A DNA stretch of 64,000 bases, taken from assembly GCA_016871535.1 (NCBI GenBank), contig VHCZ01000002.1, forward strand, positions 6,180 through 70,179, read 5' to 3'. The DNA is from Verrucomicrobiota bacterium. GTDB taxonomy: Bacteria; Verrucomicrobiota; Verrucomicrobiia; Limisphaerales; SIBE01. Positions 7,765 to 16,454 of this stretch are shown one piece after another. The position numbers were made by a program, and so were the translations under genes. Numbering within the stretch: position 1 is the stretch's first letter; each line of letters begins with the position of its first letter. The notes beneath the pieces are model-generated. The model was not told the DNA's origin and made no database searches. It saw nothing but the letters and a program-made list of their open reading frames with translations.

Positions 7765-8865
7765 ATGTTAAATGAGTTAAATGGATTAAGAGGGTTGGCC
7801 TGGACAGCAAGCGTTTTGAGAGCCGGCTTCACGAAACTGCTCGGCATATTTGTAGGTCTCGGACTGACGGCAGCACAGACGGTCGAGGCAGAAAAGATCG
7901 TGGTTCGCGTAGGGCACTTCCCCAACTTGACTCACGCGCAGGCGGTGATTGCCCACGGGTTGTCGCGTCAAGGCAAGGGCTGGTTTGAACAGCGCTTAGG
8001 GCCCGGCATCGAAATTCAATGGTTTGTCTATAACGCAGGCCCGTCCGCGATGGAGGCGATCTTCACCAAGGCCATCGATCTCACCTACGTTGGCCCAAGC
8101 CCCGCGATCAACGCCCATCTCAAAGCGCGCGGGGAAGAAATCCGGATCGTGGCCGGAGCGTGCAGCGGCGGCGCGGCGCTCGTTGTCCAACCGGACGGAC
8201 GCATCAACGCCGACGAAGATTTCAAGGGAAAGAAAGTGGCGACGCCTCAGTTTGGCAACACGCAAGACGTCGCGGCACGCTCGTGGCTGCGATCCAGGGG
8301 GCATCGAGTCACCATGACCGGGGGCGACGTTTTGGTCGTCCCGACGTCCAACCCGGACCAGCTCGCGCTCTTCCAAAAAGGCGAGTTGGATGCGGTATGG
8401 ACGGTTGAACCCTGGGTGACCCGACTGATGCTTGAAGCCAAGGGCAAGGTCTATTTCGAGGAAAGCAAGCTTTGGCCGGAAACCAGGGGGCAATACGTCA
8501 CGACCCATTTGGTCAGCAGCGTGCGGTTTCTCAAGGAGCGGCCTGACCTTCTCAAAAAGTGGATCGCCGCGCACGTTGAACTGACGGATTGGATCAATCG
8601 GAATCCTGACGACGCCAAAAGGGCGCTTAACGAGGAAATCAAAGCGGAAACCACGCGCGCCCTCCCGCAGACCATACTCGACAGCGCGTGGAAGCGCCTG
8701 GAACTTACGCCGGATCCGATTCGTGCGTCGCTCTTAAAGTCCGCCGAAGACGCGCATCGAATCGGCTTCCTCCGCCAGAAACCCGACCTTTCGCGCATTT
8801 ACGAATTGAGGCTGCTGAACGAAGTGCTCAGAGAAAAAGGCCCGCAGCAGGAAGTGCTTCCATGA
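7765..8865 (+). CDS. ABC transporter substrate-binding protein, NitT/TauT (NMT1/SsuA-like) family
   Basis: KIVVRVGHFPNLTHAQAVIAHG...YNAGPSAMEAIFTKAIDLTYVGPSP is typical of SsuA/TauA-like SBPs. The start is uncertain: ATG 7765 lies inside the 9-mer repeat, while TTG 7816 gives the cleaner signal peptide MRAGFTKLLGIFVGLGLTAAQ. Confidence 0.85.
   Translation: MLNELNGLRGLAWTASVLRAGFTKLLGIFVGLGLTAAQTVEAEKIVVRVGHFPNLTHAQAVIAHGLSRQGKGWFEQRLGPGIEIQWFVYNAGPSAMEAIFTKAIDLTYVGPSPAINAHLKARGEEIRIVAGACSGGAALVVQPDGRINADEDFKGKKVATPQFGNTQDVAARSWLRSRGHRVTMTGGDVLVVPTSNPDQLALFQKGELDAVWTVEPWVTRLMLEAKGKVYFEESKLWPETRGQYVTTHLVSSVRFLKERPDLLKKWIAAHVELTDWINRNPDDAKRALNEEIKAETTRALPQTILDSAWKRLELTPDPIRASLLKSAEDAHRIGFLRQKPDLSRIYELRLLNEVLREKGPQQEVLP
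7767..7797 (+). repeat. 9-bp periodic GTTAAAT array, locus 1
   Basis: GTTAAATGA GTTAAATGG ATTAAGAGG GTTGG starts 5 nt after the Rrf2 stop (TAG 7760-7762). Confidence 0.6.
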
Positions 8866-9674
8866 GCGTCGATACCGAACTGCTCAACGTCCCTCCCGAA
8901 AAACTGGTCGTGGAAGGAGTGTCCAAAACCTTCCGGACCCAGCGCGGCTCGGTGCATGCGCTGGACAACGTCACTTTGCACGTGCGTGAGGGCGAATTCG
9001 TCTGCCTGGTCGGCCCGAGCGGTTGCGGCAAATCGACTTTGCTCAACATCATCGCTGGCCTGGAGATGCCAGATACCGGCAAAGTCCTGGCTGACGGCAA
9101 AGCGGTGACCGGCGCCGGCAGCGACCGGATGATGATGTTCCAAGAATCGGCGCTCTTTCCCTGGCTGGATGTGATGGGCAACGTTCTTTTTGGCCTGAAG
9201 CTCAAGCCCAATCTGGGGAACAAAGAGCGCCGCGAGGTCGCCAGATTTTACCTGCATCTGGTCGGGTTGGACAAATTCATGCGCTCGAACATTCATGAAT
9301 TGTCGGGGGGCATGAAACAACGCGTGGCTCTGGCTCGGGCTCTGGCGCCGAACCCTCGCGTCCTGTTAATGGACGAACCGTTCGCTTCCCTTGACGCTTT
9401 GACGCGCGAACAACTTTACGGCGATATCCAGGGAATCTGGGCGAAACGCCAGAAAACAATTGTCTTCGTGACTCACAACGTCCGGGAAGCCGCCTGTCTG
9501 GGCGATCGGGTGGTTTTATTCTCGCCGCATCCCGGACGCATCCAGGAGCAGTTCACGGTCGATCTCCCAAGGCCGCGCGACATCAGCAGCGTCGATCTGG
9601 CCAAATATTCCACGGAGATCACGCGCGCGTTGAAGCGCCATTTGAAGACCGAGACGTTGGAGGTGACCGAATGA
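8862..9674 (+). CDS. ABC transporter ATP-binding protein, NitT/TauT family
   Basis: Walker A GPSGCGKST, signature LSGGMKQRVALARAL, Walker B VLLMDEP. ATG overlaps the upstream stop (ATGA). Confidence 0.9.
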   Translation: MSVDTELLNVPPEKLVVEGVSKTFRTQRGSVHALDNVTLHVREGEFVCLVGPSGCGKSTLLNIIAGLEMPDTGKVLADGKAVTGAGSDRMMMFQESALFPWLDVMGNVLFGLKLKPNLGNKERREVARFYLHLVGLDKFMRSNIHELSGGMKQRVALARALAPNPRVLLMDEPFASLDALTREQLYGDIQGIWAKRQKTIVFVTHNVREAACLGDRVVLFSPHPGRIQEQFTVDLPRPRDISSVDLAKYSTEITRALKRHLKTETLEVTE

Positions 9675-10435
9675 AGCGATGGATGGTTTTCGCGCTCTTT
9701 TTCGCGGTGGTGGTTGGCATCTGGGAAATCTTGGTGCGCGAAGGGATCTGGCCGCCGGTGATGGCCCCATCGCCGCTGGGGATTGGGAAATATTTTTTTG
9801 AATCCATCAAAGACCGCTCTCTGCTGGACGCCAGCTTCATCACTTTGAAACGGCTCCTGCTCGGATATGCCATTGGCCTGGGAGCCGGCCTGCCCTTGGG
9901 ATTGCTGAACGCGCGATTCAAATTCTGTGAAGATACCATCGGACTGCTAGCTCTGGGTTTGCAGACGTTGCCTAGCGTTTGTTGGGCGCCGCTGGCGTTG
10001 CTCTGGTTTGGCCAGACCGAAGCTGCCATTTTCTTCATCGTTATCATGGGATCCGTTTGGTCCATCATCCTGGCCACGGACGCGGGAGTTCGCAACGTGC
10101 CCCCTATTTACGCTCGCGCGGCACGGACCATGGGTTCGTCCGGTCTTCACACGTGGTTCAAGGTCATTTTCCCGGCCTCGCTACCTTTCATCGTCAGCGG
10201 TATGAAGCAGGGCTGGGCCTTTTCCTGGCGTTCCTTGATGGCGGCGGAGATTTACGTGACCATCATGACCGGAATTGGGCTCGGCCAAGTCCTGCACTAT
10301 GGTCGCGAACTGCATGAAATGGACCAGGTCCTCGGCATTATGATCGTGATTGTTCTCATCGGGTTGTTGGCAGACAAAATCCTGTTCTCGCCGATGGAGC
10401 GTTTCTTGCATCGGCGCTGGGGAACGGCGAAGTAG
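9671..10435 (+). CDS. ABC transporter permease, NitT/TauT family
   Basis: 254 aa with 6 hydrophobic segments. ARAARTMGSSGLHTWFKVIFPASLP is an EAA-like loop. 4-nt overlap with the ATPase gene. Confidence 0.9.
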   Translation: MKRWMVFALFFAVVVGIWEILVREGIWPPVMAPSPLGIGKYFFESIKDRSLLDASFITLKRLLLGYAIGLGAGLPLGLLNARFKFCEDTIGLLALGLQTLPSVCWAPLALLWFGQTEAAIFFIVIMGSVWSIILATDAGVRNVPPIYARAARTMGSSGLHTWFKVIFPASLPFIVSGMKQGWAFSWRSLMAAEIYVTIMTGIGLGQVLHYGRELHEMDQVLGIMIVIVLIGLLADKILFSPMERFLHRRWGTAK

Positions 10436-10463
10436 AGTTTTTCTCAACTAACGCCTTGACCCA

Positions 10464-11048
10464 ATGACCATTCAACGTGTCTGCGTTTACTGCGCGTCGA
10501 GCCGCCAAATTGACGCCGCGTATCTGAAAGCTGCGAATCGGCTTGGCCAGGTGCTTGCGCAGCATTCCGTGACCATCGTGTATGGCGGTGGAGCGGTGGG
10601 TTCGATGGGCCAGCTCGCAGACGGCGCCCTCGCCGAGGGCGGAAAGGTGATCGGCATTCTGCCGCGCTTCATGAACGACCTGGAATGGGGGCACAAAGGT
10701 CTGACGGAACTGCGGTTGGTCCACGATCTCCATGAACGCAAGCGCCTCATGATCGGAGGCGCCGATGCGGTCATCGCGCTGCCGGGCGGTTGCGGAACGC
10801 TGGAAGAACTGTTCGAGGCTATCACATGGAAACGCCTGGGGCTCTACTTCAATCCTATCGTGATCGTGAACACGCGCGATTTCTTCCGGCCCGCCTTGGA
10901 GTTGCTTGAGCGCTGCATCCAGGAGCGCTTCATGGATCCAAGGCATCGGGAGTTGTGGAGCGCGGCTGAACTGCCGGAGGATGTGATTCCCGCGATTCAA
11001 AATGCGCCACGCTGGCCAGCCGAAGCCCGCGAATTCGCGGCGATTTGA
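10464..11048 (+). CDS. LOG family (TIGR00730) nucleotide phosphoribohydrolase
   Basis: VCVYCASS...IVYGGGAVGSMG...PGGCGTLEELFEAITWKRLG are LOG family signature motifs. Confidence 0.85.
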   Translation: MTIQRVCVYCASSRQIDAAYLKAANRLGQVLAQHSVTIVYGGGAVGSMGQLADGALAEGGKVIGILPRFMNDLEWGHKGLTELRLVHDLHERKRLMIGGADAVIALPGGCGTLEELFEAITWKRLGLYFNPIVIVNTRDFFRPALELLERCIQERFMDPRHRELWSAAELPEDVIPAIQNAPRWPAEAREFAAI

Positions 11049-11182
11049 AAACGCCGGCATCCCATATCCCAATCTCCAGAAAGAATTTTGAAGAAAAGAG
11101 TTGAAATGTGGTTACATGTGACTACATTGGGCGCGTGAAGAGAAAAAAGACATTCCAATTCCCGGAGCATGTGCCATCAGCC

Positions 11183-11464
11183 ATGATCTTGAAAGAGACC
11201 GTGGCTCTGCCTGGGGTAGGCCTTTCGATTCCAGTGCGGGCCGCGAAGGCCAAGCTTTCGGCGCTCCTGGAGCTGGTGGCAAGCGGACGCGAGATCACCA
11301 TCACCAGCGATGGCAACCCGAAGGCGGTGCTTTCGCCAGTGCACAAACCGGCTCGCAAAAAATTCACCGGCACCTGGGAACATCTCAAGACGATGCCCGT
11401 GCAAACCGCGGGTCCGTTCGCGGAGGAAATCATTCGCGCTGATCGTGATGGTCGAGGCTGGTAA
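11183..11464 (+). CDS. type II antitoxin, Phd/YefM family
   Basis: IPVRAAKAKLSALLELVASGREITITSDGNPKAVLSP is a typical Phd/YefM N-terminal fold. It sits 5 nt upstream of a PIN toxin gene. Start ATG 11183 was chosen over GTG 11108. Confidence 0.7.
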   Translation: MILKETVALPGVGLSIPVRAAKAKLSALLELVASGREITITSDGNPKAVLSPVHKPARKKFTGTWEHLKTMPVQTAGPFAEEIIRADRDGRGW

Positions 11465-11469
11465 GGTCC

Positions 11470-11904
11470 ATGTACCTCGACTCGTGCGTCATTGTCAAAC
11501 TGGTCAGTCGCGAACCGGAAAGCGAAGCGTATCACCGCCTGGTGATCGGCCAATTCCTTGTTACATCGGAACTGGCCGTGGCGGAGGTTCGATCCGCCCT
11601 GCTCAGCAAAGAGCGGGCAGGGCGGATTTCCCGTCGCGACCGCCTTACTGGTTGGGCCTTGTTTCAGGAGAAGGTCCGCGATCAAGAGTTCTTGTTGCTT
11701 CCTCTGGATCGCCATGTGATCGAGCGGGCGGGCGCTGTCATTGAACAATGCCATCCGCAAGTGCCGCTCCGAACTTTCGATGCGATTCATGTTGCAACTG
11801 CGGAATTACATGGTGGCGATCAAATGTGCAGCAGTGACCAGCGTGTCTGCGACGCGTCGGATTTGATCGGGCTCTCGCTTATTCGGCTCCCGCAAGCAGA
11901 ATAG
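11470..11904 (+). CDS. vapC: type II toxin, PIN-domain ribonuclease VapC
   Basis: MYLDSCVIVKL (first acidic residue) ... FDAIHVATAELHGGDQMCSSDQR are PIN acidic motifs. Pairs with the upstream antitoxin. Confidence 0.8.
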   Translation: MYLDSCVIVKLVSREPESEAYHRLVIGQFLVTSELAVAEVRSALLSKERAGRISRRDRLTGWALFQEKVRDQEFLLLPLDRHVIERAGAVIEQCHPQVPLRTFDAIHVATAELHGGDQMCSSDQRVCDASDLIGLSLIRLPQAE

Positions 11905-12345
11905 CTCCGGGAGAAATTCTTCGTCCTGAGTTCGCCAGAACGGTCTCCCAAAACGAGAAAGCATCGAAACGGCTGTTTGCTCCAAGTTCGATCCGGCAAA
12001 AGGTGGATTCGATCCCAAAACGAGCCTGCTGGAATTCCACACTTTGGCATTTCACCCCCTGATCCCTCAGACTGCCCCTCGCCGAACGCCTGTCGCCCCT
12101 CGGCGGTTTCGATCCCTCGGTTCCTGGGAGAAAAATATCTCACTGGCGCGCCATGTCAGTGCCGGAACAGATTGCCAATAACGCTGGCCTCGGGACCGTA
12201 AGTTGCGAGCCTGGTCTTGCGGTCTATGGAGCAGGAATGCCTCGATGTCTGTTTGCCGGCAGGTTTTCCAGTGTCGCCATGCGCTGCTTGCCGCAGACGG
12301 AAAAGAATAGCATGATTCCTTTGCTGGCCTTCAAGGCCATGACTC

Positions 12346-15192
12346 ATGACTGCTGAGAATACTCCACCGATCGGCAATGGGCCGAAAAGAAAATACTTCC
12401 GCGCGGTTGGCCCGCGCCTGCGAGTTTTGCTGTTCTTTGTCTTTGGACTGGTCGCAATCCTTGGCGCCAATTCCGCCTATCTTCTCAGCGTTACGATTCT
12501 GGAATGGGCCACGAAGCTGACTTACCAGAATTATTTCTATCAGTACATGTTCCTCGCCCACCTCGTGTTGGGCCTGGTTTTGATTGTGCCTTTTCTAGTT
12601 TTTGCCGCGGTTCACATCAAGAACTCCTATCATCGCCCGAATCGGCGAGCCGTGCGGGTGGGGCTTGGTTTGTTCGGAGTGTGTCTCGTGCTCCTCTTTT
12701 CCGGAGTGGCGTTGACCCGGCTGGATTTCTTTGAAATCAAGAACCCGAATGTCCGGTCGATGGCTTACTGGGCGCACGTCATCACGCCGGTGCTTGCGGT
12801 CTGGCTTTACATCCTTCATCGGCTGGCGGGACCCCGAATCAAATGGCGCGTCGGCTTGGCCTGGGCCGGCGTCGTGGGCGTGGTCGTGGCCGCGATGGTC
12901 CTGTTGCATGCGCAGGATCCGCGGAAGTGGAACGTGCAAGGGCCAAAGGAAGGGGAAAAATATTTTCTGCCCTCGCTGGCGCGGACTGCATCCGGAAATT
13001 TCATCCCCGCCCGGACGCTGATGATGGACGATTACTGTCTAAAATGCCATCAGGACGCTTACGCCGGCTGGTTTCACAGCGCGCATCACTTCAGTTCCTT
13101 CAACAACAAGCCGTACCTGTTCAGCGTCCGCGAGACGCGCCAGGTGTCACTGAAACGGGATGGCTCGGTGAAGGCGTCGCGGTGGTGCGCGGGTTGCCAC
13201 GACGTGGTGCCGTTCTTCAGCGGCGCGTTTGACGATCCCGATTTCGACCTGGAGAAGCATCCGACCTCGCAGGCGGGCATCACGTGCACGGCCTGCCACG
13301 CGATCGTCAATGTCAACAGCACGCAAGGCAACGCGGACTACACGATCGAGGAGCCGATTCACTACCCGTTCGCTTTCAGCACGAACGGATTCCTTCAGTT
13401 CATCAACCAGCAACTCGTCAAAGCCAAACCGGAGTTTCACAAGAAAACCTTCCTGAAGCCGCTGCACAAGAACGCGGAGTTCTGCTCGACCTGCCACAAG
13501 GTCAGCCTTCCCTACGAACTGAATCACTACAAGGAATTCCTTCGCGGCCAGAATCACTACGACACCTTTCTGTTAAGCGGCGTGTCCGGTCACAACGCCA
13601 AAAGCTTTTACTATCCGCCGAAGGCCAAGGAGAATTGCGCGAGCTGCCACATGCCGCTGAAGGCGTCGGAAGATTTCGGCGCGAACTTCTTCAATCCGAC
13701 GAACCGCTCCACGCGGTTCATCCACGATCATCTGTTTCCGGCGGCGAACACGGGCGTGGCTCACCTCCGCAACCAGCCGGACATCGTGAAGGCGCATCAG
13801 GATTTTCTGAAGGACTGCGCGCGGGTCGATATTTTCGGGGTCAAGGAAGGCGGCACGATTGACAGCCCCCTCATTGCGCCGCTGCGGCCCAACGTGCCGG
13901 CATTGAAACGCGGCCAAACTTACCTGTTGGAAGTGGTTTTGCGGACTCTGACCGTGGGGCACCCCCTGACGCAAGGCACCGCCGATTCAAACGAACTTTG
14001 GACCGACGTGAAAGTCAGCAGCGGTGGACGGGTGATCGGCCGCAACGGGGGTCTCGGCCCGTTCAACGAAGTCGATCCCTGGTCGCACTTCGTCAACGTG
14101 TACATGCTCGACAAGGACGGGAATCGGATCGACCGCCGGAATCCGCAGGACATTTTCACGCCGCTCTACAATAACCAGATTCCGCCAGGCGCCGCGCAGG
14201 TCGTGCACTATGCGCTCACGGTTCCGGAGGATGCGACGGAGCCGCTCACGGTCGAGGTGAAATTCCAATATCGGAAGTTCGACACGATTTACATGAACTA
14301 CGTCCTGGGGCAGGGCTACACCAACGGGGCGCCACTCCAGGTGATCAACGACCTCCCAATAACAACGATCGCCTCGGACAAAGTGACGTTCCAGGTCGAA
14401 GGTGGCCAGGCGCTGCCCTCAACTCTCAACTCCCAACTCTCAACCATTCCCGAATGGCAGCGCTGGAATGACTACGGCATCGGCCTCTTGCTCAAAGGCG
14501 ACAAAGGCAGCGAAAAAGGCGAATTGATCCAGGCGGCCCAGGCCTTTTCCGAAGTGGAAAAACTGGGCCACGCGGACGGCCCGCTCAACCAGGCCCGTGT
14601 TTTCTTCAAAGAAGGCCGCCTGGACGACGCCGTGACCGCCCTGCAGCGCGCAGTCAAATTCAACCCGCCCGCCCCGCGCTGGACGGTGGCGTGGTTCAAC
14701 GGACTGGTGAACAAACAGAACGGATTTCTGGACAAAGCGATCACGGAATTCCGCAGCATCCTGGAAGACCGCTATCCGGAGTTGGAGAAGCGCGGATTCG
14801 ATTTCAGCAAGGATTACGAAGTCATCAACGAACTCGGCCAGACGCTGGTCGAGCGCGCCAAACTGGAGCAAGGCGAAGAAAACAAGGAACGCCGGCGCGA
14901 GTTCCTGCTCCAGGCCCAAGCTCAATTTGAAAGAACACTCGCGCTCGACAGCGAGAATCTCACGGCTCACTACAATCTGATGCTGATCCACACCCAGCTT
15001 GGCGACGACGCCAAGGCCGCCGAGCATCGGAAGCTTCACGAGCGGTACCGCCCCGACGACAACGCGCGCGACCGCGCCATCGCGATCCATCGCCGCGCCA
15101 ACGCCGCCGCCGATCACGCCGCGCAGGCGATCGTGATTTATCCGCTCCAACGGCCACAGGCGCTCGGATTGTCCAGTGCAGGGAAGCCATGA
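12346..15192 (+). CDS. membrane-anchored multiheme (5x CXXCH) cytochrome c with C-terminal TPR repeats
   Basis: About 5 N-terminal TM helices rich in His. Heme motifs CLKCH, CAGCH, CTACH, CSTCH, CASCH. C-terminal TPR text (AHYNLMLIHTQLGDDAKAAEH). Confidence 0.85.
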   Translation: MTAENTPPIGNGPKRKYFRAVGPRLRVLLFFVFGLVAILGANSAYLLSVTILEWATKLTYQNYFYQYMFLAHLVLGLVLIVPFLVFAAVHIKNSYHRPNRRAVRVGLGLFGVCLVLLFSGVALTRLDFFEIKNPNVRSMAYWAHVITPVLAVWLYILHRLAGPRIKWRVGLAWAGVVGVVVAAMVLLHAQDPRKWNVQGPKEGEKYFLPSLARTASGNFIPARTLMMDDYCLKCHQDAYAGWFHSAHHFSSFNNKPYLFSVRETRQVSLKRDGSVKASRWCAGCHDVVPFFSGAFDDPDFDLEKHPTSQAGITCTACHAIVNVNSTQGNADYTIEEPIHYPFAFSTNGFLQFINQQLVKAKPEFHKKTFLKPLHKNAEFCSTCHKVSLPYELNHYKEFLRGQNHYDTFLLSGVSGHNAKSFYYPPKAKENCASCHMPLKASEDFGANFFNPTNRSTRFIHDHLFPAANTGVAHLRNQPDIVKAHQDFLKDCARVDIFGVKEGGTIDSPLIAPLRPNVPALKRGQTYLLEVVLRTLTVGHPLTQGTADSNELWTDVKVSSGGRVIGRNGGLGPFNEVDPWSHFVNVYMLDKDGNRIDRRNPQDIFTPLYNNQIPPGAAQVVHYALTVPEDATEPLTVEVKFQYRKFDTIYMNYVLGQGYTNGAPLQVINDLPITTIASDKVTFQVEGGQALPSTLNSQLSTIPEWQRWNDYGIGLLLKGDKGSEKGELIQAAQAFSEVEKLGHADGPLNQARVFFKEGRLDDAVTALQRAVKFNPPAPRWTVAWFNGLVNKQNGFLDKAITEFRSILEDRYPELEKRGFDFSKDYEVINELGQTLVERAKLEQGEENKERRREFLLQAQAQFERTLALDSENLTAHYNLMLIHTQLGDDAKAAEHRKLHERYRPDDNARDRAIAIHRRANAAADHAAQAIVIYPLQRPQALGLSSAGKP

Positions 15193-15515
15193 GCCAGAAC
15201 AAGACCACCGCCCGTCAAGCTCCGGCTCGACGAGAACGATTTGGTGCAGTGGCAATCATTCTCTAGGCCAGCGGATGATCTGCGGCGAAGTGTTGGTGTG
15301 ATTCGCCCTACGCTGGCCATCCATCCAGATGGATGGCACGGTCGGGGGGGGCGCACAGAAATCCCAATTGTTGCCACCATCAGCTTCAACGCATTCAGTG
15401 AGCATGAGTGCAAACGTGTTCGACCGGGAAGGCACAGTAAATCCGCTTGGCTGCTCGGACTGGATTGGTGAAACTTGCGCTCGGCCCTAAAGTGCCGCAC
15501 GGTTTCCGACCCAAG

Positions 15516-16070
15516 ATGAACATCGTTATTTGCCCGACTCTGGATGGCCTCGCACGAATATGGCGACAGGGCTCGACCTTCACCGTGACTCTCCCGGCCG
15601 AGGCGCCCCGTCTCCCGGACAACGAAACGAGCAAGGCCGCGCCGGCCGATCCGTCCAACCTGTTGCCATCCGCGAGCACGACGGTGTTGGTCGTGGACGA
15701 CGATCCCGCGGTGCTCGACTTGATGAGCCGCGTCCTCGCCAAAGAGGGGTGGCGCGTGGCGACGGCCAACAACGGCCCGGCGGGACTGGACCTCGCGCGG
15801 AAGCTGCAACCCGACGTCATCACGCTCGACGTGATGATGCCGGAGATGGACGGCTTCGAGTTCGTCCGGGAATTTCGCCGACAGCCGGAGGGCCAGGCTG
15901 TGCCGATCATCGTCATCACGGCCAAAGACCTCACGGAAGATGATCGCCGCCGGCTCAACGGCTACGTCACGCAAGTCCTCGAAAAGGGCGCTTACCGTCT
16001 CGATCAACTCCTCCATGAAATCCGGCGCTTGGTCATGGCCCACGCCCCGCACCGACGCAAAGAAAGGTAA
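15516..16070 (+). CDS. receiver (REC) domain protein carrying a remnant of a histidine-kinase ATPase C-terminus
   Basis: REC: VLVVDDDPAVLDLMSRVL...DVITLDVMMPEMDGFEF...IIVITAKD. It is preceded by ...GLARIWRQGSTFTVTLP, the end of HATPase_c, but no DHp or N/G1 boxes lie upstream. Start is uncertain. Confidence 0.65.
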   Translation: MNIVICPTLDGLARIWRQGSTFTVTLPAEAPRLPDNETSKAAPADPSNLLPSASTTVLVVDDDPAVLDLMSRVLAKEGWRVATANNGPAGLDLARKLQPDVITLDVMMPEMDGFEFVREFRRQPEGQAVPIIVITAKDLTEDDRRRLNGYVTQVLEKGAYRLDQLLHEIRRLVMAHAPHRRKER

Positions 16071-16076
16071 CCTCCT

Positions 16077-16454
16077 ATGGCCCGCATCCTCCTCGTCGAA
16101 GATAACGAAATGAACCGCGACATGCTTTCACGGCGGTTGGAACGCCGCGGCCATCAGGTCGTCCTCGCGCTCGACGGCCAGCAAGGCCTGGACGCCGCCC
16201 GTCAACAGCAGCCCGACGTGATCCTCATGGACATGAGCCTGCCCGTCGTGGATGGCTGGGAAGCCACGCGCCAGTTGAAGAAGGACGCCGCCACTCAAGC
16301 CATTCCCATCATTGCCCTGACCGCGCATGCCATGTCGAGTGACGAACAGAAAGCGCGCGAAGCCGGGTGCGACGATTTCGACACCAAGCCCATCGAACTG
16401 GACCGGCTCTTGGGGAAGATTCAGGCGCAACTGGACCGGCGCCCGCGCGCATGA
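16077..16454 (+). CDS. single-domain response regulator (CheY-like)
   Basis: [17 protein letters not shown]...[17 protein letters not shown]...IIALTAHAM...DDFDTKP are complete REC motifs. Confidence 0.9.
   Translation: MARILLVEDNEMNRDMLSRRLERRGHQVVLALDGQQGLDAARQQQPDVILMDMSLPVVDGWEATRQLKKDAATQAIPIIALTAHAMSSDEQKAREAGCDDFDTKPIELDRLLGKIQAQLDRRPRA

Noticed and set aside
11995-12020. tRNA/tmRNA-like string GGTGGATTCGATCCC
   Set aside because: Only a 3-bp T-stem can form. No acceptor stem, anticodon arm or CCA-proximal structure is present, and no tmRNA 3' domain is nearby.
15138-16052. Long antisense ORFs opposite real genes (for example 15138..16052 -, 16466..17728 -, 22845..24188 +, 24947..25918 +, 32961..34127 +, 47582..48676 +, 48844..50046 +, 50139..51239 +, 58223..59263 +, 60636..61619 +)
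   Set aside because: These are typical shadow ORFs of GC-rich DNA. Their translations are Arg/Gly/Pro-rich with no motifs, and the opposite strand encodes unmistakable conserved proteins.
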